The translations under genes were made by a program, and so were the position numbers. Shown here in pieces: positions 27,274-35,620 of a stretch of DNA of 40,356 nucleotides (position 1 is the stretch's first letter; each line of letters starts with the position of its first letter). This DNA is from Bacillota bacterium. GTDB lineage: Bacteria > Bacillota > Bacilli > Paenibacillales > NBRC-103111. The DNA is taken from the NCBI GenBank assembly GCA_023391955.1, contig JAEWAA010000489.1, forward strand, positions 1-40,356, in the 5' to 3' direction. The notes beneath the pieces are model-generated. The model did not search any database. It saw only the letters and a list, made by a program, of their open reading frames with translations, and had not been told where the DNA came from.

Positions 27274-27815
27274 TCCTCTTCGCCCTTGTTGTTGCGGCCG
27301 GATAGCTCAGTGTCGCTTTGGGGAAGTCGACGATGATCGCGTCTCGCCATGGCCTCGGGATCCGCCCGATCACGTTTGCGTTTGACGAATGCCTGCTCGA
27401 CATGATGGGCGTCCACGAATGCTGCGAGACGTGTCTGCAATTCGATCGGCATTGCGATCGCTTCGATGATGTCCGTATTGGTTTCCGTCAGGGATTCGGC
27501 TTCAGCCGGATCCGCAGTTACCAAGTTTACCACGATCCCGGGTGCAGCATTCGTCTGTCGTAGCGAGACCCACAGGCTGGGTTGCCTTGAACGCAGGTTT
27601 TCACGGTACATTGTGGTGTCTGTCCCGAAGAATTCGAGCTCGTACGCTCCTGCATAATATCGCGTAACCCGAGATGTTTGCTCCAGGACAGTCCATGGTG
27701 CAGCAGCCGGCGCCCCGACCAGCACTGCAGTCGGCAACCAGGCATGATCGGCCCACGGGCTCTGGAGATCTCGCCGCTCCACGATCACACCAACACTTGC
27801 TGTTTCCCGCACCAT
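27270..27815 (-). CDS. DUF3305-like protein
   Basis: VGVIVERR...SPWADHAW.P, YRENL, VTADPAEAE and HHVEQAFVKRKRD motifs; start at MVRETAS. Confidence 0.8.
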   Translation of the reverse strand: MVRETASVGVIVERRDLQSPWADHAWLPTAVLVGAPAAAPWTVLEQTSRVTRYYAGAYELEFFGTDTTMYRENLRSRQPSLWVSLRQTNAAPGIVVNLVTADPAEAESLTETNTDIIEAIAMPIELQTRLAAFVDAHHVEQAFVKRKRDRADPEAMARRDHRRLPQSDTELSGRNNKGEEE

Positions 27816-27826
27816 GGCTCGCGCTC

Positions 27827-28843
27827 CTAGCTCGCCAGTGCCGTGGCGTTCAACGGCAGACCAGCAATGATATTCTGTGGCTTCATCCGGATCGTCTGAT
27901 CCGGTGTCATTGCCAGGATCAGCCAGACCGGTTGCGCCCCAACTTCGGCTGTGACTTCCCCAACATTGCAAAAGCGCAGCTGGAACAGAGCAATGATACG
28001 GTCGGCGGAAGCCGCGTCAATTTCCTCGCCCCGCCACAATGCATTGCCGATGCGCGTTGCTTCAACATCCAGTCCAACGAACCAGGCCCAGTCCTCGTCC
28101 ACGATCTGATCGATCGGGTTGATCGATACCTTGACGGCGAGCAGATGATGGATCCACGCCTCCATCGCAGTGGCCAGACCTCGGCGGGCCGAACTGCTGC
28201 AGCCACCGAGCCTTAGCACCATCTCAAAGCCGTCGCTTTTGTCGAAATAGCTGCTGCCATTGGTCTCGTCGAGGATATCAAGCTCGGTGACGGCCGGGCC
28301 GCCGAGCATGCTCAAGAGTGGTGATCTGTGGCGGTTTTGCTCGTGAACCTCTATGGTTTCGGCGTCCGCGAGCAGCAGTGCTCCATCGTGAAAACTCACG
28401 CGCTGGGTACGGAAAAACAGTTCAGCAGCGCGTAGTACGCTGGGCTCCGTCTCGCCGTCGAGGGCGTTGCGCAGGACGACCTGGGTGAGCTGGTTCATGA
28501 GGAGCGGGGGCGTATCGTTCGTCGAACCGAGCGCCAGTTGCAGATAGGCTGCTTCTAGCGAGGGTGTGGTGAGAAGCCGGTCGCGGAATGCAATCATGAA
28601 CCGCCAGTTTTCTCGTGCGTCCGGGTCCTCAATTGCCGCGATCTCATCGTGCGTTACCGGACGGCGCGGATGATGCATAAGGAGTTCATGGTGCAGGCGC
28701 CGTTCGGTCTCACATGCCTCTTGTGGTGGAAGTAATTCAGGACGAGCCAGATAGGCCTTGAGAAAGGCGTCTGTGACGATAAGGCGGTTGGCCTCGTCCC
28801 GGTCAAGAAGATGGTGTCCGGATGAAATCCAAAAATCCTTCAT
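27827..28843 (-). CDS. DUF6352-like protein
   Basis: MKDFWISSGHHLLDRD, YLARPELLPP.E.C..E, W.WFVGLD and MKPQNI..GLP; ATGA overlap with the upstream gene. Confidence 0.75.
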   Translation of the reverse strand: MKDFWISSGHHLLDRDEANRLIVTDAFLKAYLARPELLPPQEACETERRLHHELLMHHPRRPVTHDEIAAIEDPDARENWRFMIAFRDRLLTTPSLEAAYLQLALGSTNDTPPLLMNQLTQVVLRNALDGETEPSVLRAAELFFRTQRVSFHDGALLLADAETIEVHEQNRHRSPLLSMLGGPAVTELDILDETNGSSYFDKSDGFEMVLRLGGCSSSARRGLATAMEAWIHHLLAVKVSINPIDQIVDEDWAWFVGLDVEATRIGNALWRGEEIDAASADRIIALFQLRFCNVGEVTAEVGAQPVWLILAMTPDQTIRMKPQNIIAGLPLNATALAS

Positions 28844-29367
28844 CTGTGCCGCTCCGCCAATGTGCGGATATCCACGTCTTCCATTGCGTCGCTCTCCGGA
28901 TCGAATGCGATTGTCATACCCGGTTGGTCGGGCTTGGGGCGAAGCGTGCGAAATGATTCTCGAATTAGGGTGTCCTCGCTCATGCGATGGAGGGCGAGCA
29001 GGGTTCCGCAAGGATGATTGCAAAGCGATTGGGCAAACGCAACTTCCTCTTCAGCGGCCGGTAGGGCGGTTTGCAGATCAGGGGCGCCACAATGGGTCAC
29101 TAGCTGTTCGGCCAGACGTTCGACGGCCGCAGCTCTTTCCGCTGCGGTTGCCTCCGTGACCACAACCAGCGTCGACCAACCGAAACTGTCGATCCCGAGG
29201 AAGCCGCCTCGGAATGCCTGCCGATCCTTGCCGTTCAGCGCGTCCGGTTCAACGCCGATGAACATGAATGTCCCCGTTACGGCCCATTCCCCAGGCGCGG
29301 CGGCGTGGGAATAGACGAACGTGTCGGACGCATCGAAGCGGAGCGTACGTGGCAGCTTCAAAGCCAT
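28840..29367 (-). CDS. DUF6505-like protein
   Basis: KLPRTLRFDASDTFVY..AA.PGEWAV.G.F.F, RQAFRGGFLG..SFGWST and GAP..A.PAAEEE motifs. Confidence 0.75.
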   Translation of the reverse strand: MALKLPRTLRFDASDTFVYSHAAAPGEWAVTGTFMFIGVEPDALNGKDRQAFRGGFLGIDSFGWSTLVVVTEATAAERAAAVERLAEQLVTHCGAPDLQTALPAAEEEVAFAQSLCNHPCGTLLALHRMSEDTLIRESFRTLRPKPDQPGMTIAFDPESDAMEDVDIRTLAERHR

Positions 29368-30104
29368 GGCATGCCCGTCGCCGGATCTGTCCAGGAGGAG
29401 GACAAAAGCGCCTGAGCCAGGCTCCGTGGAGCCAAATTGGCTGCGCTCGATTCTGCGCCAACGAGCAGATCGCCCGTATCGTTGAAGTGTGCCATTCCTT
29501 CCCGTGATGAGAAGCGGTCCAGCCACCGCCTGGCCAGTGGCCCAGCTCCAATCTCCTGCCATTCGTGGAACCCGGCCATGAGATGATGGGAAAAGCTTGA
29601 GATGATCACGCTAGCATCCGTGACTTCGAAGCCCAATTCGTCAAGTGCGCCGAACTGCGGCCGCAGACCGGACTCGCGACCCTGCACCACTGTAAGCCGG
29701 ATCATGGCCGAGAAGATGAGCCAGGCGGGTACTTCAGTCTCGTCTGTTTGAGCCGGCCAACTCAAACGACCGCCACCAACCAAAACTCCGTCGATGCGGA
29801 TTGCATCCGGCCATTCAAACGCAACCGGTCGTGATGGCGGGGCATGCGTTGCAAGCGCATCGGCCAACGCGTTCATGCCGGCATAATGAGCCAGGCGTGC
29901 ATGGCTCAGCGACATATCCGGTTCCAGTACGACGGCGAAATCAGCCAGATCATTGCGTCGCGCCCAAACCAGTGTGCCGGCTCCGTTCCTTTCTGCGAGG
30001 GCGTGCGCGTGCGTGCAGGCGTCCTCAACCCCATCCGTCACCACCAGCGTATAAGGCGGGGGTAGTCGGATGGCGCGGTCTGTGCTGGAAACCTCCTCAA
30101 ACAT
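29358..30104 (-). CDS. Biotin/lipoate-protein ligase (BPL/LplA) fold protein, catalytically degenerate
   Basis: GAGTLVW, FAVVLEP and FEWPDAIRIDGVLVGG correspond to BirA KWPND...GRK.GIL but lack the lysines and the GRGR loop. Confidence 0.7.
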   Translation of the reverse strand: MFEEVSSTDRAIRLPPPYTLVVTDGVEDACTHAHALAERNGAGTLVWARRNDLADFAVVLEPDMSLSHARLAHYAGMNALADALATHAPPSRPVAFEWPDAIRIDGVLVGGGRLSWPAQTDETEVPAWLIFSAMIRLTVVQGRESGLRPQFGALDELGFEVTDASVIISSFSHHLMAGFHEWQEIGAGPLARRWLDRFSSREGMAHFNDTGDLLVGAESSAANLAPRSLAQALLSSSWTDPATGMPWL

Positions 30105-30122
30105 GATGCCGGTCCATTTGTG

Positions 30123-30150
30123 ATGACGGCGACCCTAATCTCCTTATAAT
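30123..30150 (+). promoter_or_regulatory. Candidate sigma70 promoter for the polyferredoxin gene
   Basis: ATGACG-N16-TATAAT in the divergent intergenic region. Confidence 0.4.
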
Positions 30151-30208
30151 GGATCCTCAGTGGAGGCGCCACCGCTCTTGGCGGGGACGCGATGGGGGAG
30201 CAACAAAC

Positions 30209-32248
30209 ATGATCCCGGAAAGACCTCGCACCATCTTCGTTTGTTCCTGTGAGCGAAGCATGCCAAGTTTCGCCGAAAGTGTCGCCCGAGGAGGACGAGG
30301 TGACCATATCACGTCAGGGGATCAATTTTGTGGTGTCGAGCTTGATCGCGTTCGCGCGGCGTTGAGTGGAGCGGAAGACATCACGATCGCCTGCACGCAA
30401 CAAGCGCCGCTGTTTCGAGAGGTCGCACAAAGCCTCGGCTTTGCCGGCCAACTGGACTTTGTCAATATTCGCGAGACGGCCGGATGGTCGACACAAGCTG
30501 CTGCGGCGGGACCAAAGGCCGCTGCACTCGTTGCGATGGCGGCAGAGCCGGTAACGGCCCCTGAAACCGTGACGCTTACGAGCAATGGCGTCGTGCTCGT
30601 TTACGGGCGAGACGAAGAGGCGATCGAGGCAGGGCGACGGCTGGCCGACGAGATGAACGTCACGGTTCTTCTCAGCCGGCCAGGTGATGTTGTTCCCAGC
30701 CGAGTCTGGGATTTTCCTGTCGTGCAGGGAACGATCCGCAATGCGCGTGGCCACCTTGGTGCATTCGAGCTGACCATCGACAATTTTGCCTTGCCGTCGC
30801 CGTCGTCTCGCGAGCGTTTGCGCTTTGGTGTTGCCCGCGACGGCGCGGTGTCCCAGGCAGATGTCATTCTTGACCTTTCCGGCGGTTTACCGTTGTTTCC
30901 CGGCCATACGCTGCGCTCCGGTTACGTCCGAGTTGATCCAGCCGATCGCGTCGGCCTCGCCACTGCGATCGACAGGACGGCGAGTTTCATTGGGGAGTTC
31001 GACAAACCAAGATATATCGATTTTAGCGCTAATCTGTGCGCCCATTCGCGCTCGCGTATCACTGGCTGTACGCGCTGCATAAACCTCTGTCCCACGGGTG
31101 CGATCATACCGGCAGGCGATCATGTTGCCATTGACGCAGATGTGTGCGCCGGCTGCGGCAGTTGCGCGGCGGCTTGTCCCACCGGTGCCGCAGCCTACGC
31201 CTTTCCCGATTCAGGAGCGCTGCTCAGACGAGTGCGCACGCTGCTGCTTACCTTTCAAAGGGCAGGGGGACGCGATCCGATCCTTGTGTTCCACGACGAC
31301 AATCATGGACAGGCTCTCATTGATGCGCTCGCGCGCTTCGGCAATGGACTGCCTGCCAATGTGCTGCCCGTTGCGGTCAATGAGATCACCCAGTTGGGTA
31401 TTGAGGCCTGGACCGCCCCGGTCGCCTGGGGCGCCGTTGCAATCCGGGCGCTTTCGTCGACAAGGCCGAGCCATGATCTGGAGGGCCTGGATCGTAACAT
31501 CACGATTGCCAATCTGCTTGGGCAGTCGCTCGGCTATGGAGCCGACGTCTGCAATATAATCTTTGAAGACGACCCAGATGGTCTGCAAGTGACACTGGCG
31601 CAAATGGAAGGGCAGGCCGCCATTGGAAATCCGGCCACGTTCTTGCCGCTGGGAGACAAGCGCAGCTTGTTGAAGAGTTCCGTCATTGGGCTGTATCAGG
31701 CTGCACCGACCCCCGTCCAAAGAATACCATTGCCAGCGGCGGCGCCATTTGGCGGACTTGATGTTGATGTTGACGGCTGCACGCTTTGCCTGTCATGCGT
31801 ATCGGCTTGTCCAACTGGTGCGCTTTCCGACAGTGAAGAGCGCCCGGCCCTTTTCTTTGCCGAAAGCGCCTGCGTTCAGTGCGGGCTATGTGCTGCGACC
31901 TGTCCGGAAAAGGTCATTACCCTGGTGCCGCAAATGGATTTCCAGGCCTGGGACCTGCCGCGAAGGGTGGTCAAGGAGGAAGAGCCCTTTCATTGCATTA
32001 GATGCGACACGCCGTTCGGCACGAAAAGCACTGTCGAGCGCATCATTGCCAAGCTGGAGGGCAGCCATTGGATGTTTACCGGTGACAATGCGCGGCGGCT
32101 TGATGTGGTAAGGATGTGCGATAGCTGCCGTGTCGAAGCCGTCATGAATGAAGGGTTCGATCCTTATGAAGGTACCGCCCGTCCTGCTCCGCGGACCACG
32201 GAAGATTATCTGCGTGCCCGCGCCGGGTCGACCGACACTTCAGCTTGA
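30209..32248 (+). CDS. Large 4Fe-4S dicluster (polyferredoxin) protein with HdrA-like N-terminus, 679 aa
   Basis: Four ferredoxin motifs (CAH..GCTRCINLCP, CAGCGSCAAACP, CTLCLSCVSACP, CVQCGLCAATCP) plus CIRC/CDSC; N-terminal FVCSC...C...IACTQ...FVNIRE; GGAG RBS before 30209. Confidence 0.88.
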   Translation: MIPERPRTIFVCSCERSMPSFAESVARGGRGDHITSGDQFCGVELDRVRAALSGAEDITIACTQQAPLFREVAQSLGFAGQLDFVNIRETAGWSTQAAAAGPKAAALVAMAAEPVTAPETVTLTSNGVVLVYGRDEEAIEAGRRLADEMNVTVLLSRPGDVVPSRVWDFPVVQGTIRNARGHLGAFELTIDNFALPSPSSRERLRFGVARDGAVSQADVILDLSGGLPLFPGHTLRSGYVRVDPADRVGLATAIDRTASFIGEFDKPRYIDFSANLCAHSRSRITGCTRCINLCPTGAIIPAGDHVAIDADVCAGCGSCAAACPTGAAAYAFPDSGALLRRVRTLLLTFQRAGGRDPILVFHDDNHGQALIDALARFGNGLPANVLPVAVNEITQLGIEAWTAPVAWGAVAIRALSSTRPSHDLEGLDRNITIANLLGQSLGYGADVCNIIFEDDPDGLQVTLAQMEGQAAIGNPATFLPLGDKRSLLKSSVIGLYQAAPTPVQRIPLPAAAPFGGLDVDVDGCTLCLSCVSACPTGALSDSEERPALFFAESACVQCGLCAATCPEKVITLVPQMDFQAWDLPRRVVKEEEPFHCIRCDTPFGTKSTVERIIAKLEGSHWMFTGDNARRLDVVRMCDSCRVEAVMNEGFDPYEGTARPAPRTTEDYLRARAGSTDTSA

Positions 32249-32250
32249 CA

Positions 32251-33543
32251 TCATTTGCGGCCTGTTTCGGCTTCCAGGAAACGGATCAGTGCTGCTCGAT
32301 CCTTAGGATCAGTAATTGTCTGTTCAGGCATCTTTGTGCCAGGCGTGAATTTGCTTGGTCCCAGTGCAAATAGTTCCGACACGGTCTCCGGTGTCCAGAC
32401 AATGTCCATCCCTTGGAGGGCGGGAGAATAGGAATAACCATCGACAGTCGCAATCCGGCGGCCAAAAATACCGTGCAGCGTTGGGCCGGCACGATTGCCC
32501 TGATCCGGATCAAGCGTATGGCAGGCGATGCAGGCGCGAAAGGACTCTGCATCGGGATTGTCCGCGAAACCCGCCATGAGATCCAATTGGCTGGGTGCGG
32601 ACCTGTCCGCCCGCTGGCCGGTATCAACGTTCCACTCGCCGACAACTGGGTCGGTCCCGCCGGCCAGAATCGTCCGGCCACCGCCTGTAAAGGCAAGTGC
32701 CCACACAGCGGCACCTGCGGTGTTGATGTTTCGAGCCGGCCTGTGGGTGTACAGGTCAAACAGCACGACCCCATCTTTGAGCGCCGAGACAGCGAGATGG
32801 CGATTGTCCGCTGCCGTAGCCAGTGCGATCAAAGGACCGGTGGATACCGCATATTCGCCGATCACTGCACCGTTGCGGTCGATCTCGCGGAGCTTTCCAT
32901 CGCTGCCTGCTCCAAAAAGACGGCCGTCCGCAACCGTCGCGAGCGCATTTATTGGCGTTGGCATGGATAGTCGCTTGGATGCGGCGGTTTCATCAGCCGG
33001 CCACAGCATAACCGTCGAATCATAGCCTGCGCTTGCAAGCGTCCCATCTGGCAGGAAGGTCAACGCATTGATGCTACCATCATGACCTCGCAGCACCCGG
33101 GACGAACCTTCGGGCAACGGCCAAAGTCGGATTGTTGCATCCCGTGAGCCGGACGCAAGGGTTTTTCCGTCGGGGGCGAGCGCCAGCGCGACGACCGGTC
33201 CGCTATGGCCCCTCAGGACAGAAATCGGTTCGCTGCGGCCGATCTCCCAGATCGCGATGTTTCCGTCGATTCCGGCGCTCGCATACCGCCCTTCCGGCAG
33301 AGCGACCACAACGTCTACCTGACCCTCGTGGAAGAGCAGCACCTGTCGAGCTTCGCCGGTCTCCAACGACCAAATGATCGCAGTGGCATCAAAACTGCCG
33401 GTGATGGCCGTCTCTGCGTCACTGCTCACGGCAATCGAGCGAACCGCCCCACCATGCCCCCGCAGTTCTGCTGCATAGGCTGCTGCTCCGATGATGAAGC
33501 AGAGCCCTGTCGACACACAGCGTATGGCCCATATCGCCTTCAT
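32251..33543 (-). CDS. Periplasmic WD40 beta-propeller - class I cytochrome c fusion protein
   Basis: Signal peptide ending AYA; repeated GH...SGS.D..I.W WD40 units; C-terminal CIACH, GPTLHGIFGR and PGTKMP (cytochrome c2-like). Start placed at MKAIW. Confidence 0.88.
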   Translation of the reverse strand: MKAIWAIRCVSTGLCFIIGAAAYAAELRGHGGAVRSIAVSSDAETAITGSFDATAIIWSLETGEARQVLLFHEGQVDVVVALPEGRYASAGIDGNIAIWEIGRSEPISVLRGHSGPVVALALAPDGKTLASGSRDATIRLWPLPEGSSRVLRGHDGSINALTFLPDGTLASAGYDSTVMLWPADETAASKRLSMPTPINALATVADGRLFGAGSDGKLREIDRNGAVIGEYAVSTGPLIALATAADNRHLAVSALKDGVVLFDLYTHRPARNINTAGAAVWALAFTGGGRTILAGGTDPVVGEWNVDTGQRADRSAPSQLDLMAGFADNPDAESFRACIACHTLDPDQGNRAGPTLHGIFGRRIATVDGYSYSPALQGMDIVWTPETVSELFALGPSKFTPGTKMPEQTITDPKDRAALIRFLEAETGRK

Positions 33544-33651
33544 TGTGCTTGGAACCAATTCATGATCGACTAGAAAGGCTACCTGTCGCCGGCAGCTATT
33601 TGCCGGTGGCTCACTGTCCACTCTATTCGAGGCAATGATATGATCACGAAT

Positions 33652-33846
33652 ATGGAAACCGACCCCTTCAACGTCTCCATGCGCAAGTTCCTCAAGCAGG
33701 TGGGCGTGACCTCGCAACAGGCGATAGAAAAAGCGGTCGATCAGCAGGGCCTGAAAGGGCAAGGAAAGCTGCTCGTCAGGGCGGTTATCACGTCTGAGGC
33801 TGCTGGCCTCAATCACGTCGTAGAAGGCGAGATTGATCTTGGATGA
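33652..33846 (+). CDS. Small DUF6494-like protein (64 aa)
   Basis: METDPFNVSMRKFLKQVGVTSQQAIEKAV...LNHVVEGEIDLG, recognised as a family found in FDH clusters. Confidence 0.75.
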   Translation: METDPFNVSMRKFLKQVGVTSQQAIEKAVDQQGLKGQGKLLVRAVITSEAAGLNHVVEGEIDLG

Positions 33847-33963
33847 GCCCGCCGTTGCCGTGTGAACCTGCTCGAGAGGGAGGGTTTTGCGTGTCGACCA
33901 TAACCTTGCTCCAGTCATCGTTCACACGCGGCCGGAGAGGCGCGTCTGCATGTATAGGGCGTT

Positions 33964-34839
33964 CTACTTGAAGAACCGGATCTTGCCGGCTGGGCTCACA
34001 TCATAGCCGGTAAGCTCTGCGGCGCGGTCGTTGAAATCGGTTCGGGTCAGGAAACCCAACAGAGCCTGGAATGACGGCTGGAAATAAGTCCGCTGTCGCA
34101 TGAGAAGGTCGAAGTTTTCCCACACCAGCGGCACGAATGCCAAGCCGGCGCCGCACGCGGCAGCGCGCGTGGCAATGCCGCAATCGGCTCTGCCGGAACG
34201 GATAGCTACCGCAAGATCGGGGCCGGTCAAGCAGGGCGGGTGCACACGATTGAGGTCAGCCGCAACTGCCCCGGCGCCGGCCAAAAGCACCGACAGCAGC
34301 ATCTCGGCGCCGGCGCCATATTGACGCACGGCCATACTGGCGCCGCTGGCCAGTACGTCTTGAAGGCTGTTTAGGGACTTTGGATTTTCGGGCGGCAGCA
34401 ACAGGCCCTGTTCGCGGCGCACGAAGCCGACCAGCACTGCATCGTGGAGCCTCGGCATGGCAGCTGCGGCGGCGATGTTGGCATCCTCGGCTTCGCTATG
34501 AAAATGCACCGCCGCAGCTGCCACCTCCCCGCGTAGCAGTCGCCCAACGCCACCTTCGGTGCCCTCTGCCAGACCGGCCAGGCCCGAGCCTGATTGCCGC
34601 AGGCTCCAATCAAGCAGGTCGTCCTGGCTTCCGCCGACGATGGGTGGCGGTTCAGGCGGCACCATACCGGACGGCCTTACCAGTTCCGACATCACCCAGC
34701 GATCGAGCTCATGGCGAGGAAACAGCCACTTTCCGGTCACCTTGCTGCAGGGGATGCGGCCCTCGGCGACCAGTTCGTAGAGTTTGCGCTCGCCAAGGCG
34801 AACATAGTCAGCAGCTTGCGAAGTCGTCAGCAAATCCAT
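33964..34839 (-). CDS. Excisionase-like HTH + periplasmic-binding-protein-fold (molybdate/tungstate-sensing) transcriptional regulator
   Basis: N-terminal LTTSQAADYVRLGERKLYELV..G.IP..KVTGKWLFP (HTH_17-like); C-terminal PBP domain (GSQD, REQGL, RQYGAGA, ADCGIA, ENFDL); divergent from tupBCA. Confidence 0.88.
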   Translation of the reverse strand: MDLLTTSQAADYVRLGERKLYELVAEGRIPCSKVTGKWLFPRHELDRWVMSELVRPSGMVPPEPPPIVGGSQDDLLDWSLRQSGSGLAGLAEGTEGGVGRLLRGEVAAAAVHFHSEAEDANIAAAAAMPRLHDAVLVGFVRREQGLLLPPENPKSLNSLQDVLASGASMAVRQYGAGAEMLLSVLLAGAGAVAADLNRVHPPCLTGPDLAVAIRSGRADCGIATRAAACGAGLAFVPLVWENFDLLMRQRTYFQPSFQALLGFLTRTDFNDRAAELTGYDVSPAGKIRFFK

Positions 34840-34874
34840 CCTGCATTATTATGCAGATTTATGCTGGGTTTCAA
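34840..34874 (-). promoter_or_regulatory. Leaderless promoter of the regulator overlapped by three 10-bp-phased GCA(T/G) direct repeats and a CTGCAT-N4-ATGCAG palindrome
   Basis: Minus strand TTGAAA-N17-TAATAA ends 6 nt before the ATG at 34839; repeats GCATAAATCT/GCATAATAAT/GCAGG; palindrome at 34841-34856. Confidence 0.55.
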
Positions 34875-34930
34875 TAATTTGACTTCTGCGGAGAGTATGC
34901 TCAGAAAGAATCCAGTTGGTGAGGCTGTTC

Positions 34931-35620
34931 ATGGTGGAAACCAGCACTGCATGGCACCTGATTGCGTCCGGCGATGCAACCTTATTTGCAATCGTTGGCC
35001 TGTCGCTGCTCGTCAGCCTGTCTGCCGTGGCCGTCGCGGCGATCATCGCCCTGCCGCTTGGCGCTATGGTCGCGCTTACCAGCTTTCCCGGCCGCACGAC
35101 AATCGTGGTGGTGCTCAACGGCTTCATGGGGCTGCCACCGGTTGTGGTTGGTCTGACTGTTTATCTGTTGCTGTCGCGATCCGGACCGCTGGGACAGTTC
35201 GGGCTGCTGTTTACGCCAACTGCCATGGTCATCGCGCAGGCCTTGCTGGTCCTGCCGATCATTGCTTCGCTCACGCGCCAGACAATCGAGCAGTTGTGGC
35301 TCGAATATCGCGAAGAACTCACAGCGATGGGAATCGGCTGGACTGGCCGGGTCGCGACACTCTTGTGGGATAGCCGCTTCAATCTGGTCACTGCCCTGCT
35401 TGCCGGATTTGGCCGGGCTGCGGCTGAGGTCGGCACAGTGATGATCGTGGGCGGCAATATTGATGGCTTCACCCGCACCATGACGACGACGATTGCGCTT
35501 GAAACCTCCAAGGGCAATCTCCCCCTGGCGATGGGACTTGGCATCATCCTCATTTTTATCATCCTGCTGATCAATGCGGCCGCCTGGTGCATTCGGTTGC
35601 GGGCCGAAGGGACCAGCTAG
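34931..35620 (+). CDS. tupB: Tungstate ABC transporter permease TupB
   Basis: MGLPPVVVGL.VYLLLSRSGPLG..GLLFTP.AM and GFGRAAAEVG..MIVGGNI.G.TRTMTT.IALETSKG motifs. Confidence 0.9.
   Translation: MVETSTAWHLIASGDATLFAIVGLSLLVSLSAVAVAAIIALPLGAMVALTSFPGRTTIVVVLNGFMGLPPVVVGLTVYLLLSRSGPLGQFGLLFTPTAMVIAQALLVLPIIASLTRQTIEQLWLEYREELTAMGIGWTGRVATLLWDSRFNLVTALLAGFGRAAAEVGTVMIVGGNIDGFTRTMTTTIALETSKGNLPLAMGLGIILIFIILLINAAAWCIRLRAEGTS

Noticed and set aside
33544..33918. 125-aa N-terminal extension of the WD40-cytochrome c ORF
   Set aside because: It is antisense to the DUF6494-like gene, and the signal peptide begins at 33543.
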